Shown here piece by piece: positions 39,455 to 48,219 of a DNA stretch of 64,000 nucleotides. Where the stretch lies: the NCBI GenBank assembly GCA_027078545.1, contig JALWXN010000004.1, positions 448,001-512,000 of the forward strand. The letters run 5' to 3'. Under the pieces are notes generated by a model, which was not told the DNA's origin, searched no databases, and worked only from the letters and a program-made list of their open reading frames with translations. This stretch comes from Nitrososphaeria archaeon. Lineage in GTDB: Archaea > Thermoproteota > Nitrososphaeria > Geothermarchaeales > JDFR-13. Every line of letters begins with the position of its first letter. Positions within the stretch are counted from its first letter, which is position 1. A program made the position numbers and the translations under genes.

Positions 39455-40169
39455 GCCTAGGCCCTCAACCCTCTTCATATACGCCTTGGGCATAACCCTC
39501 GCGGCCTTCATACTTAGGGATCCCGTCCCCCTAGCCTTCTTGGCTATTCCCCACTTCATCCTAGGACTCCTCCTTGGCTATAGGAGGTTCAAGATATTAA
39601 TACTCATCTTCCTCCTCGGGATGACAGGCCTATACCTCAACGTGGTGGCTGTCCACTCTGGCCCAAGCCTAGAGAGGTTCCTAGCCAGCCTATTTAGCCC
39701 CGAGGTCATAATCGGCTTCCTATCAATAGCCTTTAGGCTTATGGCAATCACGGGGGCAACAATGATATTCCTATCCCTTGTGGAGCCCTACCCAGCTGTG
39801 AAGTCGCTGGAGGAGGATCTCTACCTGCCCAAGGGCGTTGCCTTCTCGATATACTATGCCCTACGCCTCCTACCACTTATCCAGCGGCTCGCCAGGGATA
39901 TATCCAACGTGAGGCGGATGAGGGGGGCCAGGCCATATATAGCCACGCCCGGTGACTTCATAGGCTTCCTCAGGCCACTCCTATCAATACTTGTTGAGCG
40001 GGCCCTATGGACGGGTATAGCGGCTGAGCTCCGGGGCTTCGCCCGGCGTAGGCCTAGGAGGCGTGGCTATAGGCCGGGCCCAATGGATATCCTGGTACTC
40101 ACACTACTGGTTGTAGAGGTCTTGATAGCCCTCCAGCTGCCCCCGGATCTCACCCTCCAGCCCTTATAA
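39447..40169 (+). CDS. ECF transporter T component
   Basis: Hydrophobic; R.RG and ELRGF motifs. Confidence 0.8.
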   Translation: MHRPRPSTLFIYALGITLAAFILRDPVPLAFLAIPHFILGLLLGYRRFKILILIFLLGMTGLYLNVVAVHSGPSLERFLASLFSPEVIIGFLSIAFRLMAITGATMIFLSLVEPYPAVKSLEEDLYLPKGVAFSIYYALRLLPLIQRLARDISNVRRMRGARPYIATPGDFIGFLRPLLSILVERALWTGIAAELRGFARRRPRRRGYRPGPMDILVLTLLVVEVLIALQLPPDLTLQPL

Positions 40170-40237
40170 CCCTTGAGGTATAGCTTGAAAAGATTCTCGG
40201 GCCTTGGCTACATAAAATATTAATAAAGGGTTATAGC

Positions 40238-40798
40238 GTGGACAGGGGATATACAGGAATGGCCATGAATAGGGGTGGCTCCTGGAGATATACGGCTGTA
40301 GACTTCGCACTCCTCGGCGTGGTCGCCGTAATAATGGGGATCATATTCACATTCGCATGGTCTGTCTACGAGGCGGTGAAGACGATCGGGGGTCCCATAG
40401 CGGCTAGGCTATTCACCTATGGACTATGGTTCATCGGCGCACCATTGGCAGCCACGCTTATCAGGAAGCCACTAGCCGCATTCCTCGGAGAGACGCTGGG
40501 AGCCCTCCTTGAGGCACTACTCCCAACCCCGGGTGCCTTCACAAACCTCATCTATGGTGCTGTCCAGGGAGCCCTGAGTGAGCTGGCCTACCTATTGACT
40601 GGCTATAGGAGGTTCGACCCCTTGATAGGGGCTGTGGCAGGAGCCCTAGCCGGGCCGGGAGCAATAGTGCTCGACGCCATCCTATTCGAGTCGATAGCTA
40701 CTCCCGAGGTCATGACACTCTGGTTTATAGCCGCCACTCTGAGCGGTGCTATCTACGGCTTCCTCGCCTCCTCAGCCGCCAGCATATTCAAGAGATAG
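40238..40798 (+). CDS. ECF S component, YkoE-like (thiamine/HMP)
   Basis: YGLWF...IRKP.AA.LGE, QGA..EL motifs. Confidence 0.75.
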   Translation: MDRGYTGMAMNRGGSWRYTAVDFALLGVVAVIMGIIFTFAWSVYEAVKTIGGPIAARLFTYGLWFIGAPLAATLIRKPLAAFLGETLGALLEALLPTPGAFTNLIYGAVQGALSELAYLLTGYRRFDPLIGAVAGALAGPGAIVLDAILFESIATPEVMTLWFIAATLSGAIYGFLASSAASIFKR

Positions 40799-40817
40799 GG
40801 GGATAGTTTCTATATTG

Positions 40818-41912
40818 ATGCTGGATAGGAGGCGCTTCCTGAAGCTGGTTGGGGCCGGGGCCATACTGGCTGGCTTGGGCTACGTAGCCCTTAGGATGGC
40901 TACGAGGCCTGAGTACGGCGAGGTCGAGGCAGAGTATGAGCTTGTTGACCTGGCCACCGACCTGACTATACCCTGGGCAGTTAGGATGGTGGGGGAGGGA
41001 CTACTCGTCACCGAGAGGCCTGGTAGGCTGGTCTATATCGAGGATGGGTCTCCCAGGCTTATCCATAGCTTCGACGTAGCAGCTGTAGGGGAGGCTGGCC
41101 TACTGGGGCTGGAGCTAGACCCCGACTTCGAGGCAAATAGAAGGATCTATCTATACATGAGTGTGTATAGGGATGGGGAGATAGTGAACCGTGTGGTTAG
41201 GGCCAGGATTGACCCTGACTTTAGGGGCCTCTCAAGTATCGAGACGATCCTCGACGGTATACCAGGCGCGAATATCCATGACGGGGGGAGGATCAGGCTG
41301 GGGCCAGACGGCTATCTATATGTAACCACTGGTGACGCCAACATACCGAGCCTGGCGCAGGATCCGGAGAGCCTTGCAGGTAAGATACTCCGGATAGGGC
41401 TTGACGGGGAGCCGCATCCCGACAACCCCTTTGGTAACGAGGTATATAGCTTGGGGCATAGGAATCCACAGGGCCTCGACTGGCACCCAGTTACTGGGGA
41501 GCTGTACAGCAGTGAGCACGGCCCAATAGGGCATGACGAGATAAATAGAATAGTTCCCGGTGGAAACTATGGCTGGCCGATATACGCTGGCTACAGCAGG
41601 GACGAGAGATACATATCACCAGTATTCGAGACCGGGGACAAGACGATAGCGCCTAGCGGAGCGTCATTCATAGATGGCCGCATACTAGGCCTCGACGGCT
41701 ACGTCTTCGGAGTGGCATGTCTAAGGGGTTCACAGGTATTCATCTATGATCTAGACAATGGCGCAACATATAGTATCCTCTCAGGAACATTGGGGAGGCT
41801 GAGGGAGCTGATACCCCACGAAGATGGATTCATCGTAGCCACAAGCAATAGGGATGGGAGGGGATCTCCTAGGGAGGGGGACGACAGGATTGTCCTGGTT
41901 AAGATGGGTTAG
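40818..41912 (+). CDS. PQQ-dependent soluble aldose sugar dehydrogenase, Tat signal
   Basis: DRRRFLK, PW, TERPG, HDGGR, GHRNPQG, EHGP, NYGWP, GRLR. Confidence 0.9.
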   Translation: MLDRRRFLKLVGAGAILAGLGYVALRMATRPEYGEVEAEYELVDLATDLTIPWAVRMVGEGLLVTERPGRLVYIEDGSPRLIHSFDVAAVGEAGLLGLELDPDFEANRRIYLYMSVYRDGEIVNRVVRARIDPDFRGLSSIETILDGIPGANIHDGGRIRLGPDGYLYVTTGDANIPSLAQDPESLAGKILRIGLDGEPHPDNPFGNEVYSLGHRNPQGLDWHPVTGELYSSEHGPIGHDEINRIVPGGNYGWPIYAGYSRDERYISPVFETGDKTIAPSGASFIDGRILGLDGYVFGVACLRGSQVFIYDLDNGATYSILSGTLGRLRELIPHEDGFIVATSNRDGRGSPREGDDRIVLVKMG

Positions 41913-42043
41913 CATTCTCTAAAACAAGGTGTATCAATAAAAATAAGACCTGTGACACACTTAATTTATAAACTATATGTTCGGATTAGCGTAGCCCCAA
42001 TATATACTATACACTAATCATTGTACGATGTAGGATTTTAGGT

Positions 42044-44473
42044 GTGAAGCGGGTAATAATTCTCCCGGTGTTTATTATAATCGTACTTCTCGGACTTGGC
42101 CCAGTGCAGGGTGCCAGTACCTACCAGGTACCCACCGATTTTCCTGACATATATACAGCGATCAATAGTGTTCCACCAGGCTCTGTGATCGAGGTTAGTG
42201 GTGTCCAGCTGATAACTATGCCTGTAGTGGTCTTCAAGGATCTGAAGATCGTAGGCGGTGTCTATATACCCATCGATGGTTATGAGGTGTTCTACGACCC
42301 TATCTTTGTCGTCTCTGGGGCAAATCTCACCATGGTTGGGGTGCGGATCATCGATGACGATGTTGTTGATCCGTATAAACTGGTGGGTATCCATGTGATG
42401 AGTGGAAGGCTGGAGCTGATACAGTCGAACATAACGTTGCCGATTACAGATATCCTCTTCCCGGGTGGTGGCCGGGGTTCCTCTATCTTTGCCAACACGG
42501 GTATATTCGCCACGGGAGGGACAACCAATGTGTACTCTTCATTTATCAAGGCCGAGATTGCCGTTATGATAGGTTCTACACCGAGCCCGCCCAGCGATCC
42601 TATCAAAGTATTCCCCATAGGGGAGGAGAGAGTGGAGCCTGGTAAGGGGAAGCAGTATACTGAGATAATCATATCTCCGACCAGGGAGATATCTATTCCG
42701 GGAGAGGCTAGAAAGGAGGAGGTGGTTAGGACTGCTGTAGCTTGGCTCGAGTCTAGTCGAGTGGCTGCTCAGCCAATGCCACAATTCCCGACCCCCTCAC
42801 AAGTCTCACTTAATAACCCGATACATGTCAATGTATACGGCAGTCTATTCGTGGCAGACGTAGGTTACTACATCTCCTCTACCCTAGAGTCCCCAGTGTT
42901 GAAGTCCCAATCCAATCTAATGTTGGCCGAGATGGGTGTCTATGCAGCCTTCTCACCCTTTGCTCCATATGACATACCGATTACTTCTCTGTTAATCGAG
43001 GTGATTAGGGACAGGATATACTCGTGGAGTGGCGGCGGGGGGATAGCGTTCACATATCCAGGTATCTCCTCGGTTGTTGCTGGTGCGAATATGTATGTGA
43101 GGTTCGCTGGTGTGGAGGCCTCTGGACAGGGCTTCGGACATCTAATGGTTGTCGGTATAAGGCTGGGTAGAATCGGTGGAGCGACCAACTTCTACTACTA
43201 TATTGACGGAGGGAACTATCAGCTGAGCAACTCTCCATTCTTCTTGGGAGCCCAGACCAGATACACATTGTCACCACTATACATCGTCCTGAATAACCTG
43301 GACGTGGTTAACGAGGGTGATACAGAGTGGTCAAACAAGTTTGCATGGATCATTACAGATCGCTCATCGTTGGGTCTCGATATGTATGTAAGGAACGTGG
43401 TCGAGGAGGGATATATAGAGGGGATACGTCTCGACACAAGGGACTACATCAAATATCTCAGGGTATTTGGGCTTGGCTATTTCCACTGGGAGCGGAGTGG
43501 ACCGGGGCTTGTGATGAATGTTCTTCTCGGCTGGGCCAATAATCCGTTGGGCTCGGATCCGAAGAGTTTTCTAGAGATGATTTCTGAACCTGTCGAGGGC
43601 GAGGGTTTGAATGAGTTGATATCTTATTTGGCTGAGCGTGACGACGTAGTCTTCCTCTACAGTATCCTATGGTCTATATGGCTAAACTCGTTTGATGAGA
43701 GGAATGGCCTCGGTGTATCGCTTATAGAGACAGTGTATGTACAGAGTACGGAGTCTATACTCAGGAATGCATGGATAAATAGTATATGGACGCTGGAGAC
43801 ACTAGTCCTTAGCCAGTACACGGATACACCTATCCAGGGTGCATCTGTGTTATATACACATGCAGGGATGTTAAAGTCCTCAGGCGTTACTGGTCCTGCC
43901 GGAAGCTATACCTCCACATTTATACACCGGGTAGACAGGTCGTCATACATACCTCTCAACATCTTCAGCATCCAGAGCAGCTTCATCTCACCATTAAGGG
44001 TTGATGCCAAGTTCCAGGGAGCCTCGGCCGGGACATGGTACATACCCTATGTTGGAGACGATATAACACTGCCAAACTGGTTCGGCAGGATAGTTCTCCG
44101 CCTACCGGTACTGGCTGTAAGGGTACTGGGCTTCAGCCACGACATGGGCACCACATACCTGGAGATCCTTGGATATAAGGGTGGATTCGCAGGTTTCTAC
44201 AGCTATACACCTGATGAACTCGGGGATATAAGGGGGGAGGAGCCACAGCAGCAGGGCCAGGTAAGCCCTGCATCCGGTTTTTGGAACCAGACTAGAACTG
44301 GCTACCGCTACTATGACCTGAGGATAATCAAGGTGGCCTATTCACCTTCATATATTAGGATCGATGCCATGATACTTTACGAGGGCTTTTGGCAACCCAC
44401 GGTGATATATATCAACACTATTGAGAGACTTGTCTGGAGCCCAGGACCAGTAGACTTCAGAGGATGGTACTAA
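42044..44473 (+). CDS. Large secreted beta-rich protein (809 aa)
   Basis: Signal peptide; VPTDFPDIYTAIN resembles the N-cap of parallel beta-helix proteins; T-rich terminator follows. Confidence 0.7.
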   Translation: MKRVIILPVFIIIVLLGLGPVQGASTYQVPTDFPDIYTAINSVPPGSVIEVSGVQLITMPVVVFKDLKIVGGVYIPIDGYEVFYDPIFVVSGANLTMVGVRIIDDDVVDPYKLVGIHVMSGRLELIQSNITLPITDILFPGGGRGSSIFANTGIFATGGTTNVYSSFIKAEIAVMIGSTPSPPSDPIKVFPIGEERVEPGKGKQYTEIIISPTREISIPGEARKEEVVRTAVAWLESSRVAAQPMPQFPTPSQVSLNNPIHVNVYGSLFVADVGYYISSTLESPVLKSQSNLMLAEMGVYAAFSPFAPYDIPITSLLIEVIRDRIYSWSGGGGIAFTYPGISSVVAGANMYVRFAGVEASGQGFGHLMVVGIRLGRIGGATNFYYYIDGGNYQLSNSPFFLGAQTRYTLSPLYIVLNNLDVVNEGDTEWSNKFAWIITDRSSLGLDMYVRNVVEEGYIEGIRLDTRDYIKYLRVFGLGYFHWERSGPGLVMNVLLGWANNPLGSDPKSFLEMISEPVEGEGLNELISYLAERDDVVFLYSILWSIWLNSFDERNGLGVSLIETVYVQSTESILRNAWINSIWTLETLVLSQYTDTPIQGASVLYTHAGMLKSSGVTGPAGSYTSTFIHRVDRSSYIPLNIFSIQSSFISPLRVDAKFQGASAGTWYIPYVGDDITLPNWFGRIVLRLPVLAVRVLGFSHDMGTTYLEILGYKGGFAGFYSYTPDELGDIRGEEPQQQGQVSPASGFWNQTRTGYRYYDLRIIKVAYSPSYIRIDAMILYEGFWQPTVIYINTIERLVWSPGPVDFRGWY

Positions 44474-44714
44474 CCCCTGTTTCACCTCTTTTTATTATCT
44501 TTTCAGATCATCGGGTTTGAATCCATTATGCGTGTCTACGTCACTAGATAACAACAACTTTGTTCAAATTAGAAGGTAACGATCTAGGTGTGGGACGTCT
44601 CACAAGTAAGTGTTTCTATTAATTCTACGGCCAAGCCTTAGATTACCATAATTCGATGTTAATCATGCCTCTTTAGACTCTGATTGAGATTGTGGATCAA
44701 GGTGCGCTACGTTA

Positions 44715-44823
44715 TGGAGCCGGGGCCGGGATTTGAACCCGGGTGGAGCAGGTGTCCGCCGGTCATCCCTGGCTTGGTCTCTACACCTGCAGCCTGCCGC
44801 CTAGACCACTCGGCCACCCCGGC
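44715..44823 (-). tRNA. tRNA-Cys(GCA) with 33-nt intron at 37/38 (44754-44786); CCA encoded
   Basis: Cloverleaf with GCCGGGG/CCCCGGC acceptor stem, U73 discriminator, GCAGG/CCTGC anticodon stem, TTCAAAT loop; CUGC/GCGG central helix with ACA bulge. Confidence 0.92.
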
Positions 44824-44882
44824 CCCAGTATATGATTATTCTTTCTCGCCCTCCTTTTAAGCTGGTCTAGACGGTTCTTGGA

Positions 44883-45716
44883 TTGGGTATTTATATTGTA
44901 TCAGGTCTCCAACCAAGTTGTGTCGGGCGTGGGTGTATAGCTGTGGAGCTAGTGACGATGATCCTCCTGGGCCTCTTCGGCCTGGGGGTCTCGATACTCT
45001 CGGCTGTGACTGGTATCGGTGGCGGGGGGTTCTACACTCCGGTGCTACACTTCGTCCTCGGGCTTGAGATTAGGAATGCCCTGGCCGTCTCCAGTGCGGG
45101 TATACTGGTTGGGAGTGGCCTCGCCTCGATAGTCTATCTCAGGAGGGGAGTAGCTAGACTGGGCATAGCCCTACCGATACTCGCCGGCCAGCTAATCACC
45201 TCAGCCATAAGTACTTATCTCACGGTCATTGTACCCAAGACCGTGATATACATCGTCCTGGCCAGCGTACTCCTCTACAACGCCCACCGGATACTGGGTG
45301 ATAGGAAGGTGGGGCGCGGAGGATCCAGGGAGCCATCCATCGCCGAGCTGATCCTTATCGGGCTTGTCACCGGCCTGATAGCGCCTTTGGCCGGTATAGG
45401 GGGAGGGATAATCATCGTTCCTAGCCTAGTAGCGCTATACGGTGTCGATAGCAAGGTGGCCACGGCCTCCTCACTCCTCGTCATAGCCCCATCATACATC
45501 CTCGTAACCTCGATGCACATATGGCTGGGCAACATGCTCCCAGAATACGCAGCACCACTCGTCGCAGGGATCCTGATAGGAAGCCTGATAGGCACAATGG
45601 TACACAAGAGAAGCGGGAGCAGGGAGATAAGGCTGCTAGTCGGACTAATAGCACTAGCCTTCGGAATATACACGTTATACAAGCTAGGTGAGCTGTTAAT
45701 CTTGCTCAACACATAG
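44883..45716 (+). CDS. TauE/SafE sulfite exporter family (true start probably ~44943)
   Basis: Duplicated GIGGG..P motifs; ATASSL. Confidence 0.85.
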   Translation: MGIYIVSGLQPSCVGRGCIAVELVTMILLGLFGLGVSILSAVTGIGGGGFYTPVLHFVLGLEIRNALAVSSAGILVGSGLASIVYLRRGVARLGIALPILAGQLITSAISTYLTVIVPKTVIYIVLASVLLYNAHRILGDRKVGRGGSREPSIAELILIGLVTGLIAPLAGIGGGIIIVPSLVALYGVDSKVATASSLLVIAPSYILVTSMHIWLGNMLPEYAAPLVAGILIGSLIGTMVHKRSGSREIRLLVGLIALAFGIYTLYKLGELLILLNT

Positions 45717-45784
45717 ACGTGGGGGATATGTGAAAGTAAGTTTAATTATTTCCTTGTCAAAATAGTTTGACTGGTGAGTAACTG

Positions 45785-46201
45785 GTGGGGATGGATAGGA
45801 TCCAGAGATATGCAGATGAATGGCTTCCGGAGGAGATTCGGGTCATACTGAAGGCGCTGGGTAACGAGACTAGAATGGCTATAATAAGTTTCCTCTATGA
45901 GGAGGAGCCAACCACGTTTGTTGAGATTGTGAAGGGGTTGGGTCTGAAGAGTAACAAGCTCTCCTACCACCTTAGGATTCTTAGTCAGGCCGGCCTAATA
46001 GACAGGTACTATACTAGGGAGGGTGGCAGGGAAAGGATAACATATACATTGTCAGACCTGGGTAGGCATGTATATGAGTCGGCTCCAGTCATATTCATCC
46101 CCCGTGAAGCACTTGTTCGGGAAGTAATAGACCGGAAAGCTAAGGACATGATCAACATGTCTATGACGACTATGCAGATAATGGACAAGTTGCCACGGTG
46201 A
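45785..46201 (+). CDS. ArsR-type wHTH transcriptional regulator
   Basis: KALGNETRMAII...LSYHLRILSQAGLI...YTLSDLG. Confidence 0.85.
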   Translation: MGMDRIQRYADEWLPEEIRVILKALGNETRMAIISFLYEEEPTTFVEIVKGLGLKSNKLSYHLRILSQAGLIDRYYTREGGRERITYTLSDLGRHVYESAPVIFIPREALVREVIDRKAKDMINMSMTTMQIMDKLPR

Positions 46202-46211
46202 GACTCTAGCA

Positions 46212-46577
46212 ATGACGGATGAGTATCACGTGTTCCTAGAAAGGCTTATTCAGCATCTCAGGACGCTAAGGACCAGGGATGACATAGAACTAGACGATGT
46301 TCTCAGGCTTTCGGAGATTGATAAAGAGGCTGTAAGATGGTCAAAGGAGAGAAGGATCCTTAACCTATATATTTTCGCCAGAATATCGTTGTCTACCCGG
46401 TTGGTACCATATCTTATCTTTAATACAGACCCGCCCAAGGACCTTATCAGAGAGATACTTGGTAGTCTGGAGAAACTGGTAGAAGCCATTAGAGACGAGG
46501 ATATGGATTTAGTAGTGGAGGCTCTACTCGATTTTATCACGATAGTGCCGTTCAAACTGGAGGGGTCAGAGACATAG
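46212..46577 (+). CDS. Hypothetical helical protein
   Basis: Open frame 10 nt after the upstream stop; plausible codon usage. Confidence 0.6.
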   Translation: MTDEYHVFLERLIQHLRTLRTRDDIELDDVLRLSEIDKEAVRWSKERRILNLYIFARISLSTRLVPYLIFNTDPPKDLIREILGSLEKLVEAIRDEDMDLVVEALLDFITIVPFKLEGSET

Positions 46578-46642
46578 TGCGCTCCCCCGGCTCAGAACCC
46601 AAAATATAACAAGATATGCACACAATCTAAGATTATCGGGAC

Positions 46643-47206
46643 ATGTCCTCAAAACCTAAGAGGAAGAAGCCGTATAAAGCATTGATAGATAGGTATAAGA
46701 GGTCTATAGAAGTTGTTATCCTCGGTCCTTATAGAAGAATAGATTTATTGGAGGCCCTAAGGGACACGCTGATTGAGAGGGGATTTAAAAAGGTTTTTCT
46801 AGCTAAGGATCTTGATCCAAGAGAGGTCATAGGCGAAGATATAGATGCTCTGAGCGAGGACGAAATAAACAGGATGATGAGTGAATACGTCCTTAAAAAT
46901 AGTGACTTTAGGGTCTTTGTCATCGCCTCACCGCCTGAGATAAACATAGGTGTCTATAGCGAGCTTGAGATCTATGTGAATAGTAGATACTTCGACCGTC
47001 ACGCATGTATAGTCCTAATTGAGAGCTCCCTATATGATGAGAGGAGACAGACACTCAGACTAGGGTCCTCACTCCCAGCTGGGTTGCTTAAGATACGGGA
47101 TCTCCCTATTGAACCATATAAGGATGAGGGTGAATTCGAGAAGGCTGTGATGGGCAGGCTAATAAAATTTATCCATGCAAAGCTTTCGTCACAAGAGGAA
47201 GATTAG
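46643..47206 (+). CDS. Nucleoside deoxyribosyltransferase/TIR-like Rossmannoid protein
   Basis: VVILGPY...L...GF...FLAKD...SD..VFVI...GVYSELE pattern. Confidence 0.5.
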   Translation: MSSKPKRKKPYKALIDRYKRSIEVVILGPYRRIDLLEALRDTLIERGFKKVFLAKDLDPREVIGEDIDALSEDEINRMMSEYVLKNSDFRVFVIASPPEINIGVYSELEIYVNSRYFDRHACIVLIESSLYDERRQTLRLGSSLPAGLLKIRDLPIEPYKDEGEFEKAVMGRLIKFIHAKLSSQEED

Positions 47207-47433
47207 TGCTTCGGATACATAACATGGCCTTAAGGATATGGATAAAATGGAATTGTTACGTTGGTTACTGGGTTTAGAGGCTAGCCAACCATGAGGAACT
47301 ACACCATCGAGTGTGATAGAGGTCCCACCCACATTATATAATTCTTCTTGCAGATCGATTTGTGATTAAAAAATAAATACACTAGCTACGCCAATTACTC
47401 CCTATAGATGGGTTTAACAAACTATATGGTGTA

Positions 47434-47685
47434 TTGGATTTGAGTGAAAAACGTGCCGTGATGCTTAGCAAGGAAACTCTGGAGGCCCTCGGGAGGATCA
47501 AGATGGAGAGGGGGTTCGCCAGCCTTGATGAGGTGGTGAGGTGGCTCATCGCTAGGGAGAGGAGGCTTAGACTGCTGGAGGTCTTGGAGGAGGCCTGGAA
47601 TGAGAAGCCCTCAGAGGATGAGTTGGAGAGGCTGGTCGAGACCGTTGGGATGCTAAGGAGGAGTGGAAAGTGGTTGACAAGGTAG
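47434..47685 (+). CDS. vapB: VapB-type antitoxin (RHH-like)
   Basis: AVMLSKETLEAL..IK...SLDEVVRWLI; overlaps the PIN gene. Confidence 0.7.
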   Translation: MDLSEKRAVMLSKETLEALGRIKMERGFASLDEVVRWLIARERRLRLLEVLEEAWNEKPSEDELERLVETVGMLRRSGKWLTR

Positions 47686-48085
47686 TGGTGGATACCTCCT
47701 TCCTAATAGAGCTCCTAGACAGGGGTAGGAGGGAGCTGGTTGAATATATCGTTGATAAGGAGGTTCTGATACCCTTAGTCGTACTCTACGAATATCTCTA
47801 TGGATATAGGTCATTGGTAGGGATGTGTCGAGGAGGGAGAGGATATTGGAAGGTCTGGGAACCATAGTATGGATGGATCAGAACATACTACTGAAGCTGA
47901 TAGATGTGAGGTATAGAGCTGAGAAGGAGGGCCAAAAGATCCCGAAGGCAGACCTGGTAATAATTGCTACTGCATCGACACACCAGGCACCGATACTCAC
48001 GCTTGACAAGGCACACTTCACCAGACACAGTATTGCAGATGTACAGGTAATCATCCCTGATCAAAACCAAAGATTTATGCGCTAG
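47670..48085 (+). pseudogene. vapC: VapC PIN-domain toxin interrupted by a frameshift near 47811
   Basis: VVDTSFLI and LYEYLYG in one frame; DLVIIATA...ILTLD..HF in another. Confidence 0.8.
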
Positions 48086-48219
48086 GCGATTATGCGGTAA
48101 TACCGGGGCTAAAATTCCTACTTATGGGTGGCCTAAGGAGATGCTGTGTGTGAGGGTTGCCCGAAGAAGTGGGGATAGCCTCATACTAGCCCATTCCAAA
48201 TTTTTGTGGCGGTAGCTCC

